Both the position numbers and the translations under genes were made by a program. DNA of 64,000 nucleotides from a virus (lineage: Duplodnaviria > Caudoviricetes), in IMG/VR virus record IMGVR_UViG_3300042922_001473; one strand, written 5' to 3'. The notes beneath the pieces are model-generated. The model made no database searches. It was not told the origin of the DNA and was given only the letters and a program-made list of their open reading frames with translations. Shown piece by piece: positions 51,456 to 61,870 of the stretch (position 1 is the first letter of the stretch; each line of letters begins with the position of its first letter).

Positions 51456-51734
51456 CTACAACTCTACTTTTTCTGAACTAACATTACATGAATATATAAT
51501 TTTTTCTATCTCATAATGATTAAAATAAAATCCATTATCATCATAGCCTTCTTTATCTTTCTTTCCACCTTCTGGATATGGCACAGAATAATAATCCCAT
51601 GCTCTCATTGTTCCCCAGTTTATTATTCTCCTTGATACAATAAGATACATAAGCGTAGCATCTTTATGTTCAACTTCTACTATCGAACCTACATTTAATA
51701 GAACTTCACCTAATACTTTTCTATTTTCTAACAT
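51456..51734 (-). CDS. DUF4176-like protein
   Basis: LLNVGSIV...IVSR...WDYYSVPYPEG...YFNH.EIEKI; frame stays open upstream to an AGGAGG near 51880. Confidence 0.7.
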   Translation of the reverse strand: MLENRKVLGEVLLNVGSIVEVEHKDATLMYLIVSRRIINWGTMRAWDYYSVPYPEGGKKDKEGYDDNGFYFNHYEIEKIIYSCNVSSEKVEL

Positions 51735-51935
51735 GCCTATACTATTGGACAGCCATTCCTTAGAACAATCTGCACCATATAATAAGCAATTTATATTACA
51801 TCCTGATTCATCAGCTTTGCAGATATCTTTTCTTATAATGCTTTTTAATTTTTCAAAATCTGTTTTAATAATTAAATCCTCCTATTATTAAGATTTTATT
51901 TACTAAGATTTATAGGCTCAACATAATATCGCAAA

Positions 51936-52298
51936 TTAACTTATTTTACTAATAAATTCAGCAATCAAAAGAAGTTTTTCAGGAGATATGTTTGAGTTTT
52001 TAGCAAAAGTTACAACATTTAAATATTTAAAGTTATCTTTATATTCCAACATTTCAACGTCTAAATTAATATTTCTTCCAACTAAACAATCCAGCGAAAT
52101 ATTGAAATAATCTGCTACTTTTACTAACTTATCTATTGATGGGCAATTACTAACCCATCGTCTGATGGAATTGTTACTTAAGCCAACATTTCTTTCTAAT
52201 TCAGCGAAAGTTAAATTTCTTGTTTCACATAACTGTGTTATATTTTCCACTAACCTAACTAACATATAATTGCACCTCAACTTTATTTGTCGTTGCAA
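51936..52298 (-). CDS. XRE-family HTH transcriptional regulator
   Basis: AELERNVGLSN.SIRRW...PSIDKLVKVADYFNISLD.LVGR; start probably at MLVRL. Confidence 0.85.
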   Translation of the reverse strand: MQRQIKLRCNYMLVRLVENITQLCETRNLTFAELERNVGLSNNSIRRWVSNCPSIDKLVKVADYFNISLDCLVGRNINLDVEMLEYKDNFKYLNVVTFAKNSNISPEKLLLIAEFISKIS

Positions 52299-52470
52299 TA
52301 AATACTACACATAAATTTAAAATTCATGTATCATTGAATCTATTATTGCATTTTCATGAAAATTATGTTATTCTATTTATATAATATATTATACCACATT
52401 TTGTATTGTTTGTAAATTAAAATTTACTAAATATATAATATTTTAACTTAATTTTTTTAAGGAGACTAAT

Positions 52471-53160
52471 ATGATAAACCTATCAAAAGAATCAATTGAA
52501 TATATTAACAAATACTTTCCATTAATTAAAGTACGAGAAGATAAAATTTTGATAAAAAGTGGAACTTATATGACAATTCCCTCAAAACTTTACCCATTAA
52601 CTAATCAAAAAACTATAAAGTTGTTCTGTTACGCTAATACAGAAGAAATTGAAGACGAAAAAATACAAGAGATATATGATGTAATAAATATAAAAGTAGG
52701 TAGTTGTTATACCAATTCTCTAAATGTATTTAAAGCTCTTGTGTCTAATAATATTTCTGATGTTAAAACCTATGTAGGTTGGGTTATAATTGATGAAGTG
52801 CCAATACATCATTGTTGGACAGTATACAAAGATATTCATGTTATAGATGGTAGCGTTGAAAAAACTGTTTATTTAACTCATAAATATATTATAGAAAACA
52901 ATATAACTGACATTAATGAGCAACGTAAGATACATGCTAAAGTAATTATTGAAAATAAAAAGAAGAATAATCATATGGTAAAAACCTTTGGGCAAGTAAG
53001 TCCTTTATGTTTTTATGTAGGAACTGAAGAGTATCCAATTAAAGGTGCAAACATATATAGTGAGTTAATAAAGAAATATCCTGACCATCCTTCATATAAA
53101 TCAGCAGGAATGAATCCAAATGGAGCTTCCACTCTACAAAAAATGGTGCTTGATAAATAG
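52471..53160 (+). CDS. papain/transglutaminase-like fold protein
   Basis: GSCYTNS...HHCW...VIDGS, possible C-H-D triad. Confidence 0.5.
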   Translation: MINLSKESIEYINKYFPLIKVREDKILIKSGTYMTIPSKLYPLTNQKTIKLFCYANTEEIEDEKIQEIYDVINIKVGSCYTNSLNVFKALVSNNISDVKTYVGWVIIDEVPIHHCWTVYKDIHVIDGSVEKTVYLTHKYIIENNITDINEQRKIHAKVIIENKKKNNHMVKTFGQVSPLCFYVGTEEYPIKGANIYSELIKKYPDHPSYKSAGMNPNGASTLQKMVLDK

Positions 53161-53272
53161 ATAATGGTATAAAATTTTAACTGTGTAATAGTGAAGCATT
53201 AAATATAAAAAAGAATGTGTTAAATTAAAATTTAATTTCTAAAGTAGTATGTGAAAGAGAGGAACTTTATTA

Positions 53273-53473
53273 TTGAAATATATAATTTATGCAATATTTA
53301 TTGCCTGTATTGTTGGATATTTAGTAAGCTTTGCATTAGCAGAAGATAATGCAAGCAAGGAAAGTGTTAAGCAAACGCCTGTTGATATTATAAAAATGGT
53401 TGTAAGTGTACTTGTTGCTTTAATAGTAGTTGTTTTAATTGCTGTCAAGTTATATTTATTTTTCATTAACTAA
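53273..53473 (+). CDS. small membrane protein
   Basis: two TM segments. Confidence 0.55.
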   Translation: MKYIIYAIFIACIVGYLVSFALAEDNASKESVKQTPVDIIKMVVSVLVALIVVVLIAVKLYLFFIN

Positions 53474-53609
53474 ACTAAAATTTAACTATATAACATTCCA
53501 TATACCAATAAATAAAATAGTAATAAGTAATCACTCCAATTTTAGCAGAATATAATATATTTGAACAAAAAATAAGGTATTTGACAATATTATATGAGGA
53601 GTAAATTAA

Positions 53610-54230
53610 TTGAAAAAAGGTATACTAAATGACAACTTCCCTGTTATTAGTTTTGACAAGTTGTATCATGTTGGAAATATGAACAAAGAAGATAAGAAGT
53701 TAAATAGTTTAGAAGGTGAAGGATTATCAGTATCGCTATATCCTGACGAATGGAAAGACATTGCTTCTTTATCTGGCAATCTATTTTCTTTAATCAAAGC
53801 AAATAATTATTTTTTAGATTTTCACGAGCTTAATGACGAACAAAAGAGTATTATGATTAAATGGGGTTTAGAAAATAACTATATTAAGAATTGCAAGATT
53901 TACAAAGTTTCATTTTATAGTGGTGATTTGGATATGAATGTTTCATGTAACTTTGTAAATTATGAGGAAGCTCTTACAGAAGTTTGCAATGAAGAGGATA
54001 TAGAGATATTAGACGGTTATATAGCAACTGATAAAATGATTGAAAGAACCTTAAATGAATGCGAACCATCAATTTGTATAGATTTATTATCAACCATATA
54101 TGTAGAAGATGTTCTAAAAATTGATGGTGTTTACTGGGAAGATATTTTAGATACGTCTATCTTATCTGCTCCAAGAGGAGTTATTAATTTATCTCAAATA
54201 AAAAATTGGGACATTAAAAAAATCAATTAA
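53610..54230 (+). CDS. hypothetical protein, possible ART-like fold
   Basis: LYHVG...EGEGLSVS..P..W; GAGGAG RBS. Confidence 0.6.
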   Translation: MKKGILNDNFPVISFDKLYHVGNMNKEDKKLNSLEGEGLSVSLYPDEWKDIASLSGNLFSLIKANNYFLDFHELNDEQKSIMIKWGLENNYIKNCKIYKVSFYSGDLDMNVSCNFVNYEEALTEVCNEEDIEILDGYIATDKMIERTLNECEPSICIDLLSTIYVEDVLKIDGVYWEDILDTSILSAPRGVINLSQIKNWDIKKIN

Positions 54231-54337
54231 TTTAAAACAATAGTATTTCAAGCAAAACAGTAGATTAGCTACTGTTTTTGTTTTATTATGGAAAAATTCA
54301 TATTGCTAAATTATTATATAAATGATATAATCTATTT

Positions 54338-54351
54338 CGAACAAATGTTCG
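54338..54351. promoter_or_regulatory. LexA (Firmicutes SOS) box
   Basis: CGAACAAATGTTCG fits CGAACRNRYGTTYG; just downstream of TTGCTA-N17-TATAAT. Confidence 0.7.
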
Positions 54352-54382
54352 GAAAATACATAAGGGAAGAAGGGGATATTTA

Positions 54383-55126
54383 TTGAAATGGGTAAAAAAT
54401 ATAGACTGTAACATAAGACATGAAATAGAAAGATTTGTTAGGAGAATAAAAAATATAAATGTTCCAACCGATAAATTATCTGAATATATTGAGAATAAAT
54501 ATTCAGGCATTATATTGGGGATAGGAAGTACTTGCTATGTTTTTGATATAAAGGGTTACGCAATTAAATATATACACTCCGAAGCTAAAAATAACTTATT
54601 TGGTGACAATATATATCCACATCAATCAAATGTATGCATTAACTATAAACAAGATTCTGATATTCTATTAGCTATGGGTAAAAAAACATATTTGCCTGTA
54701 CTTTATGGCTATGAACGCAATATAATAGTTATGGAAAAAGTTACTGGTAATACACTCGAAGATTTAATATATAGAGAAAAATTAGAGGTAGAAACTCTGA
54801 AAGAAATTGGAAATAAAATTATTTATATATTCACTGAATTTATCAATAAAGGAATATTACCTACGGATGTATTCTTTGATAACATATATATTTGTAATAA
54901 TAACGAAGTAAAAATCCTTGATTTTAACAGGTTCGTAAAGATTAATGAAATAAAGAATAGATACCTGTTTATAGACTTCAAAAAACCTCCTGAGCAATTA
55001 GCAAAAGAATACTGGTATAAGTTAGCCATGTTTGAAATGTCTGAATATTCTTTATATTTATTTGGTATATTATCTCCTGAATATTACAGAAAATCATGTT
55101 CCCTGGCATCTGCATTAATAGTTTAA
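54383..55126 (+). CDS. protein kinase-like (RIO/Bud32-type) protein
   Basis: LGIGSTCYVF, AIK, IVMEKV.G, TDVFFDN, KILDF. Confidence 0.75.
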   Translation: MKWVKNIDCNIRHEIERFVRRIKNINVPTDKLSEYIENKYSGIILGIGSTCYVFDIKGYAIKYIHSEAKNNLFGDNIYPHQSNVCINYKQDSDILLAMGKKTYLPVLYGYERNIIVMEKVTGNTLEDLIYREKLEVETLKEIGNKIIYIFTEFINKGILPTDVFFDNIYICNNNEVKILDFNRFVKINEIKNRYLFIDFKKPPEQLAKEYWYKLAMFEMSEYSLYLFGILSPEYYRKSCSLASALIV

Positions 55127-55436
55127 AAATAAAAAGAAGCTGTCCGTCTATTACTAATAGCTTCTTTTTATATTATGTTTCTATAATTTTATAACTGCTC
55201 ATTATTTTTTAATATATTCTTATTAGCAAATCCTTTAATACTACATTATTATATTCAGTTATGCTCTCTTATTTTGCTTCAATTTTTAAACTTTTGCAGA
55301 TTCATTTTCTGCATCAATAATCCCATCCTATAAACCATTTTATTTTAATTTTTTTACAAATTCTCGTAAAATCTAAAACTTTTATTATTTTAACATATAA
55401 AGTTCTGAACTTTCTATTATTTTAAATGATTTTTTA

Positions 55437-56051
55437 TTACTTCATACCTTTATCTTTATCGTTTATATAAGAAGTATAATCTATATTAGAATATACTACT
55501 AAAAAACCAAATAATTTTGGATAATAAAAATAATCTACTTCATAATTACTTTTATCTATATTTTCTTCTTTTTCATTCATTTGTTCTAATTGTGTTAGTT
55601 CTACTTTCCTTAAGAAATCTTCCACTTCATCCTCTATATTATCTACCGTAAAAGGAACATAATTATCTTTAAAGGAATATGTTTTATACTTTTTAAAATA
55701 CATTTCATTGATAAATGCATTGTTTTTTTTATGATACTTTAAATAAACTACTGATTGTCCTATGGTTAATGCATTATTATCTTCTCCTAATAACTTATTG
55801 TACATACTTTCATCCCAAGTAAAATCAAGACTGCTATTATTAGGATTAGTAAAATGTATTCTATAAACAGGCTCTTTTCCATTTTCTTTTAATTTACTTA
55901 TGATTTCTGCCTTATATAAAACTTCTTCAGAAGTAAAAATTGCATAACTCACATCAGATTTATCGTAAGTAGGTGTTTCATTTTTATTACTACAGCCACT
56001 TAGTATAATACTTACTGCCATTATAAAAATATTTAATAATTTTTTCTTCAT
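55437..56051 (-). CDS. lipoprotein
   Basis: MKKK-hydrophobic-LSGC lipobox. Confidence 0.75.
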   Translation of the reverse strand: MKKKLLNIFIMAVSIILSGCSNKNETPTYDKSDVSYAIFTSEEVLYKAEIISKLKENGKEPVYRIHFTNPNNSSLDFTWDESMYNKLLGEDNNALTIGQSVVYLKYHKKNNAFINEMYFKKYKTYSFKDNYVPFTVDNIEDEVEDFLRKVELTQLEQMNEKEENIDKSNYEVDYFYYPKLFGFLVVYSNIDYTSYINDKDKGMK

Positions 56052-56145
56052 AAAAATTTATATTTCCTCCTCTTATATTAAATTATTTCCAAACCATTTT
56101 CAGCTTATAAACCACGAATTAATAGAATTATTCAAAACAGTAAGG

Positions 56146-56502
56146 TTATATATATTCACCTCTTATATGTCCACTTATAACTCCTGCTTCTTGCATTTCT
56201 TCCATTATATTCTCAACCTTTTCTTTCACTAAAGATGCTATCTTATGAGTAGGACTATTTTCTAATATACTCTGGTAATCATATGGCTGTAAAAAATCTT
56301 CATCTAAAACCGATATATCTAAATCTGTTACATCGTTTTTATTGATAGATATGTAAAAACATATATCATGTCCTAACCCTCTATTTAAACTCCAATAGTT
56401 TTTATTAATATTATGAAAACCTATCTTTTTCATTTCTTCTTCACTTAATTCATGGGCTTTAATACATACATTTACTCCATGTTTATTAGTTTTTATTTCC
56501 AT
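56146..56502 (-). CDS. hypothetical phage-type protein
   Basis: VLDEDFLQPYDYQ; GGGGA RBS. Confidence 0.65.
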   Translation of the reverse strand: MEIKTNKHGVNVCIKAHELSEEEMKKIGFHNINKNYWSLNRGLGHDICFYISINKNDVTDLDISVLDEDFLQPYDYQSILENSPTHKIASLVKEKVENIMEEMQEAGVISGHIRGEYI

Positions 56503-56815
56503 TTACATTCCCCTTATTTACATATTCGGTTTTGCTTCTATTACCTCATTATTATATAAATATTGCCAGTTCAACTAATTTTTATTTTATGTATAATATA
56601 TTATACCACAGTATATATTTTTTGTAAATTATATTTTATATATTTAAGATATTACGATATACTTTGTTAATTATTTAAAAAGCTATAAAATAAAAACAGC
56701 ATTCTCTAAAAACTAAGAATACTGCTTTTACGTTTCTATTTGATTTTTAACAGTTATCTCTGCTATGAGCATGAGTTTTATGTCTTCATCCCGACTTTAT
56801 CATTAATTTACTATA

Positions 56816-57178
56816 TTAGGCAATTAATAATTTTAAATTTTCTATTTCTTCTCTCATTACATTTTCTTCAGAGCTTAAAATGTTAAGAATTTTATTACCA
56901 GTTAATGAATAGGACATTCCATAATTAATTATAGTACATATATCTTCATACGTTAAAGATTTATATTCATTAAATTCTTCATTAAATTCAACATATACAT
57001 AATCTTCTTTAAAATATGACATTTTATCTATCAGGCTATTATAATATGCCTTAACATCTTCAGCTTCTCCAAACTTCATAAGACTGCCATTTTTATCTAT
57101 CAAAATAGCAGGTTTTCTAATTATGATTCCATCATTTGTGAATAAATCACCAAACTTGTCATTTACTTTTAACTTCAT
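56816..57178 (-). CDS. hypothetical protein
   Basis: GAGGTG RBS. Confidence 0.65.
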   Translation of the reverse strand: MKLKVNDKFGDLFTNDGIIIRKPAILIDKNGSLMKFGEAEDVKAYYNSLIDKMSYFKEDYVYVEFNEEFNEYKSLTYEDICTIINYGMSYSLTGNKILNILSSEENVMREEIENLKLLIA

Positions 57179-57188
57179 ATTTCACCTC

Positions 57189-57959
57189 TTAATTTAATTC
57201 CATATCTAAAGTTTTTACAATTTCTTCTTTGCTGTCATTCTCAGTAGCAGTCCATTCTATTTCACAATAATCATCTTCTTCATAATCAAATATTACACGA
57301 ATCTGGTAATAATAACTTTTATAAATATTACTATACATATACTCTGTTTCAATGGTTGCCCTTTTTTTACTACTATTAGATATTATTTTATATGTTATTA
57401 TATTATTCCCTAATTGATTAGAAATCATCCTATCTACCAATTCTTCAATTTGATTTAAAGGAAACTCTCTTATGGCTTTCTTATTATTAGTCTGACTATG
57501 TTCTTCATTTTTAATTTCTTTAGCCTGTTTGTCCTTTAATCTTTTAATTTCCTTTGAAGCTTCCTTTTTAGTGGCAAATATAACTCTTTTCCCAAAATTT
57601 TTCAGACTGTATTCGATAGGAATATTAAATTTACCCCAGCCACTCTCCCTGTATCCATGAGCTGTAATATTGTCTTCAAAAATCTTTATGCAATTTATTT
57701 TAAAGGATAAAGGTTTTTTATATCTTTCATCAGCAATCCAAACTATATCTCCTACTTTACATGGAAATTCTATAACTGTCTTATCTCCGTTTTTAAGTTC
57801 TGGTGCTGACAATAATAAATCATTTAAATTTGACACAACATCTTCTAACGCATTTCTTATTCCAAAATACATATCAGAATCTTCATAATGTTTTGTATTT
57901 TTATTTTCACTTATCTCTTTTTCATATTTTTTAATAAGTTCTTTTAATTTTTCTTCCAT
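57189..57959 (-). CDS. hypothetical multi-domain phage-type protein
   Basis: FPCKVGD..W...F.TK.EA module. Confidence 0.65.
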   Translation of the reverse strand: MEEKLKELIKKYEKEISENKNTKHYEDSDMYFGIRNALEDVVSNLNDLLLSAPELKNGDKTVIEFPCKVGDIVWIADERYKKPLSFKINCIKIFEDNITAHGYRESGWGKFNIPIEYSLKNFGKRVIFATKKEASKEIKRLKDKQAKEIKNEEHSQTNNKKAIREFPLNQIEELVDRMISNQLGNNIITYKIISNSSKKRATIETEYMYSNIYKSYYYQIRVIFDYEEDDYCEIEWTATENDSKEEIVKTLDMELN

Positions 57960-58307
57960 AATTAAATAATTTCTCCTATTTTTTATTTTATATATTCAGT
58001 TATGTGATAATTTTGCTATTCATTTAAAAATTCGATTACACAAAATATCAAATATATTATGAAAGCAACTACTACATCTCCCCAAATTACCTTAAAAAGT
58101 AATTTTAAAACCTCTAATATTTCATAAAATGTCATTTTTATATTTCAGTTTTTCTCCTGTTCAAATTGTTATATTTAAATAGCTCCTATTTATTATTTTT
58201 ATTATTATATGTATAATACTGAGATTAATAAAGTATCAAAACAATAATTAAGTGAATACCCCCTCTACTTATTAAACCTTAGTAGTTATGAAGGTATTCA
58301 CTTATGA

Positions 58308-59513
58308 TTAAAGTTCATAATTTGAAATTGTATTTCTTGAAGCTCCATAACTTAAATATCCTTCATTAAAACCTACACTATTAAATGTATCAGTAATAAA
58401 TTGTTTAATAGACGAAATTTTTTCTTTTGAATTAGTTATGTATTTTGCTTCATTATTTATCTGGTCTAAGCAAGTTATCGCAAGTTTTGCATTAAAGTTT
58501 AGACTTTTTGCATATTTTAAGTCATTTCGTATGGTTTTTCCAAGTAAATCTATATCAAGTATTCCAAATCTTAATGTTCCTTGATATGGATTTGGCACAT
58601 TTGTCAAATCTATAATCTTTTCATATGGTTTATTTCTTGTTTCAGTCGGGAATGTCCCTACACCATGTCTTGTAAGGTACGCTCTTGTAACATAAATAAT
58701 TTCTATATCTTCTTTTTCAAATCCTATTCTATTTATGAGTTCTACTACATTTTTAATGCCTGTGTTTGAACGGGTGACATATGGGAAATACTCATGTCCC
58801 TGGTCGAGCATTAATCCCTGTGCTCCCTCAAATATAATATTATCAAATTCTTGTAGGATTCCAATGTCTCTCACTTTAATTTTATCCAACATATTGTTAA
58901 TGTCATATATATAATTCTCTATAATTCCTTCGTTATTAAGTAAAGAACAATATCTTTCAGGTACAGAAGATACTCCTAAGTTATAAAATCTATTCATATT
59001 ATATTGTTCTTTGATTATAGCTAACTTTTCTCTTAGTAATTGTTCATTAAATAAATCATTAACAGTTATTTTGAATTTTTCATCTTCTAAACTTCTTGTA
59101 ATCGTCTCATTAAAACCAAGACCACAACTTCCATGTTTTAAATTTCCTCTAAACGCTTCAACAGCTTGATTAATAATCATATCAAAAGGGGTAGTTACAA
59201 TACAATTTTTATCAACATAAACAATAGGGTTTACTCCTAAACTATTTAGGCTATTAATTTCTTTTTCAAAAGTCATTGGATTAACAACGAAGTATTCGCT
59301 AAGATAAGTAGGTTTGCCAGTAAAAGAACCTGCACCAAAATGCCCAAACACATGTCTCTTACCATCAGGAGTTTCTATTGTGTGACCTGCTTGTGCTCCC
59401 CCATTAAAGCGAACAACTATAGCATTTTCTATTCCTGCTGATAAATAATCAGTCATTAACCCCTTTCCTTCATCTCCAAAATTGCTTCCTATGACTACTT
59501 TTATATTTTTCAT
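58308..59513 (-). CDS. adenylosuccinate synthetase-like protein (divergent PurA family)
   Basis: FGDEGKG, RFNGGAQAGHT, FEGAQG, PYVTRS, TRHG, ITCLD; Asp-binding loop altered. Confidence 0.85.
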   Translation of the reverse strand: MKNIKVVIGSNFGDEGKGLMTDYLSAGIENAIVVRFNGGAQAGHTIETPDGKRHVFGHFGAGSFTGKPTYLSEYFVVNPMTFEKEINSLNSLGVNPIVYVDKNCIVTTPFDMIINQAVEAFRGNLKHGSCGLGFNETITRSLEDEKFKITVNDLFNEQLLREKLAIIKEQYNMNRFYNLGVSSVPERYCSLLNNEGIIENYIYDINNMLDKIKVRDIGILQEFDNIIFEGAQGLMLDQGHEYFPYVTRSNTGIKNVVELINRIGFEKEDIEIIYVTRAYLTRHGVGTFPTETRNKPYEKIIDLTNVPNPYQGTLRFGILDIDLLGKTIRNDLKYAKSLNFNAKLAITCLDQINNEAKYITNSKEKISSIKQFITDTFNSVGFNEGYLSYGASRNTISNYEL

Positions 59514-59553
59514 AATTAACCCCCTCTTTTTCTCTTAATAGAAGGAAGTTAGG

Positions 59554-60477
59554 TTAAAACCTAACTATACCTCCTGCAGTATCTATCTTACTTAAAGAAC
59601 TAACCGCTTTTTCCACAACCAATGAAGTTGAACCATCCCAGCTCTTAATAACTTTGTCTGTGTCAGCTCCATTTTCTATTTGTAGTGTAGAAACAATGAC
59701 CTCTGCTAACTTAGTATGGTCAGATAGTCTTATAGCTCTTTGACCTAATAATTCTGTCCAAGCATTTACCACTTGCTCTCCTCTACTTCTAAAATAATTA
59801 CCATTTTCGACCATAATATGATAAACTTCATATTGCCTTGATACCATTGTTAATAATTCTTGTACTTCAATCTTATCAAATTGTGGTTTAATTCCAAATA
59901 CTCTTTCTATATCACAACCTCTTAAATAAGGTGTCGGAAGTTCATCTCCAATAGTAAATAAGTATCCTTTCTTTCCACGCTTTTCAAAACTATCAATTCT
60001 TGTATACATTGAAGCAAAGTACCAAGCTAAAGCATATGATTCATAATTATTTCCTCCACCACCCTTTTCAAGGTAAATTTTAGATAATTGTTCGGCAATA
60101 CGAATATCTGCTTCAAATTGTGTTGCTTGAAGTGGTGCTCTATCTCCTTCCTCTACATCTCCAATACCTAAAAACATGATATGTGGGTCTGTAATCGGTT
60201 TTCTGTTATATACTTCTGTTGCAAGTGTTTTTAATCCATCCCTTGCCATTACATCAAGTACTGAACCCATTGAACCCGTAACATCAAGTGCTACAATAAG
60301 TGGACTTGATAATGGGTTATCTACTGAATCACATGATTCTCTCATTTTAATATCTTTCGGGTTTAAATCTTTATCAATATTTTTTGCAGTATAAATTTCT
60401 TCAACAGTAGCCTTTCCTATTATATTTTTAGTTGCATACCTTACCCAGTCGCTTTCTTTCCATCTTCCTTCACCCAT
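59554..60477 (-). CDS. vWA domain protein
   Basis: LDVTGSM MIDAS, QFE.D, GGGGN..ESY, TIGDE. Confidence 0.85.
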   Translation of the reverse strand: MGEGRWKESDWVRYATKNIIGKATVEEIYTAKNIDKDLNPKDIKMRESCDSVDNPLSSPLIVALDVTGSMGSVLDVMARDGLKTLATEVYNRKPITDPHIMFLGIGDVEEGDRAPLQATQFEADIRIAEQLSKIYLEKGGGGNNYESYALAWYFASMYTRIDSFEKRGKKGYLFTIGDELPTPYLRGCDIERVFGIKPQFDKIEVQELLTMVSRQYEVYHIMVENGNYFRSRGEQVVNAWTELLGQRAIRLSDHTKLAEVIVSTLQIENGADTDKVIKSWDGSTSLVVEKAVSSLSKIDTAGGIVRF

Positions 60478-60483
60478 AATTTA

Positions 60484-61527
60484 TTACCTCCTATTATTTT
60501 TATTATATAATTCTTCTTTATTAACAATCATTTCAATAAATTTTCTTTCTCCAAAGCTTTCTTCTAAGACTTTTCCCCATTTTGAATATTCTTCTAATGC
60601 ACTTTTTGATGATGAAGTACCTCTTAACCAATTCGTTAATGGAAGGGGGATATCATTCATTTGTACTAATTTTGTTCCATTCTTATCCCCTAAAAGCTCT
60701 CTTCCAATCATTCTAACAGATTCTAAATCTGTCAATAAGCTACCATTCTTCTTGTTTTTTATATGTGGAGGCATAATAGTGTAGATTTTTTCTGGCACTC
60801 CTATCATTTTCTCCCCTTGATTTACTGAATACCACCACCCACCTAAAAGAACTCCACTATGATATTTTGGTGATATGAAATATGTTTCTAATGATATTGC
60901 ATTATGAGATATTCCTGAATAATCAAAATAGCATAAAAGATTGTATAAACTACTTAGTATCCATGCCACATGTCGAGGTGAAACTCTTTCATCATAATAA
61001 TTAAAAATATCTTTTAAAAGGAATACATCTGGTGTTTTATCTATAATTAATCCAATTTTATAATCAATTGTTTCAAAAGTCGCTTTTATTTTAGGAAGAT
61101 ACCTCGATATTTCTTTTTCCATATTCTCATTTGCATACTTAAAATCATTGATTGTTCTTTTAGCATTTTCAACTAAATCACTATTTTTCTTGTCTACTAT
61201 AAAAGCTACTGAAGCATCACCTACATACATTGTTCCTAATTCAAAAGAATGAGATTTGTGATACTTTATTTCATTTACATTACCATTTACTCCTGATAGC
61301 TTTATAACTCCTGGTTTTTTATATGTGCCAGTCCTAATCATCTCAACACATTCGTTATAAAGTTTATTAACATTCGCCATTACTTCATTTGATTCTTTTG
61401 AATTGCTATTTAAATCAGGATGCCACTGTTTAGCTAATTGTGAATACTTCAGTTTAATTTCATTTATATTGTCAGAAAATAACTCACCAGCTTCTTTAAT
61501 ATTTAATATTTCACTTGCAGATAACAT
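60484..61527 (-). CDS. J-domain fused to protein-kinase-like (pseudokinase) domain
   Basis: Y..LAKQWHPD; HVAWIL...GISHNAIS...LLGGWWY. Confidence 0.8.
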   Translation of the reverse strand: MLSASEILNIKEAGELFSDNINEIKLKYSQLAKQWHPDLNSNSKESNEVMANVNKLYNECVEMIRTGTYKKPGVIKLSGVNGNVNEIKYHKSHSFELGTMYVGDASVAFIVDKKNSDLVENAKRTINDFKYANENMEKEISRYLPKIKATFETIDYKIGLIIDKTPDVFLLKDIFNYYDERVSPRHVAWILSSLYNLLCYFDYSGISHNAISLETYFISPKYHSGVLLGGWWYSVNQGEKMIGVPEKIYTIMPPHIKNKKNGSLLTDLESVRMIGRELLGDKNGTKLVQMNDIPLPLTNWLRGTSSSKSALEEYSKWGKVLEESFGERKFIEMIVNKEELYNKNNRR

Positions 61528-61551
61528 CTCACTACCTCCTTTCCTGAAATT

Positions 61552-61618
61552 TGATAATATCGTTTTGTTATTATCTATTTGATATTATCATTATAATACT
61601 AATTATATTATATGTCAA
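61552..61618 (-). promoter_or_regulatory. consensus promoter with triple operator
   Basis: TTGACA-N17-TATAAT (61618-61590); TGATAWTATC-like palindromes at 61552, 61566, 61580. Confidence 0.6.
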
Positions 61619-61870
61619 TATAAAATATTCCAAATAATGTTCTATATAGTTTTAATTAATAATTACTTTTCTATGTTAGTGAGTAAAAGTTTATTATGAA
61701 TGTACTTGTTTTGGATTTATAGGGACTTATTTACTATTTAAAGGCTATAATGTTAATATCTCGCATTAGTTGTTAGTGATTTTATGTCCTCTTAAAATAG
61801 TGTTTAAATGGCTTTAAAAACAAAAGAAAATAGAAAAATAACAACGGATTCATTATTGATGCGTAAAACT

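Noticed and set aside
58308-59513. PurZ (2-aminoadenine genome) pathway
   Set aside because: The catalytic Asp is retained (GDEGKG rather than GSTGKG), and no adjacent DatZ, MazZ or polymerase gene was seen.
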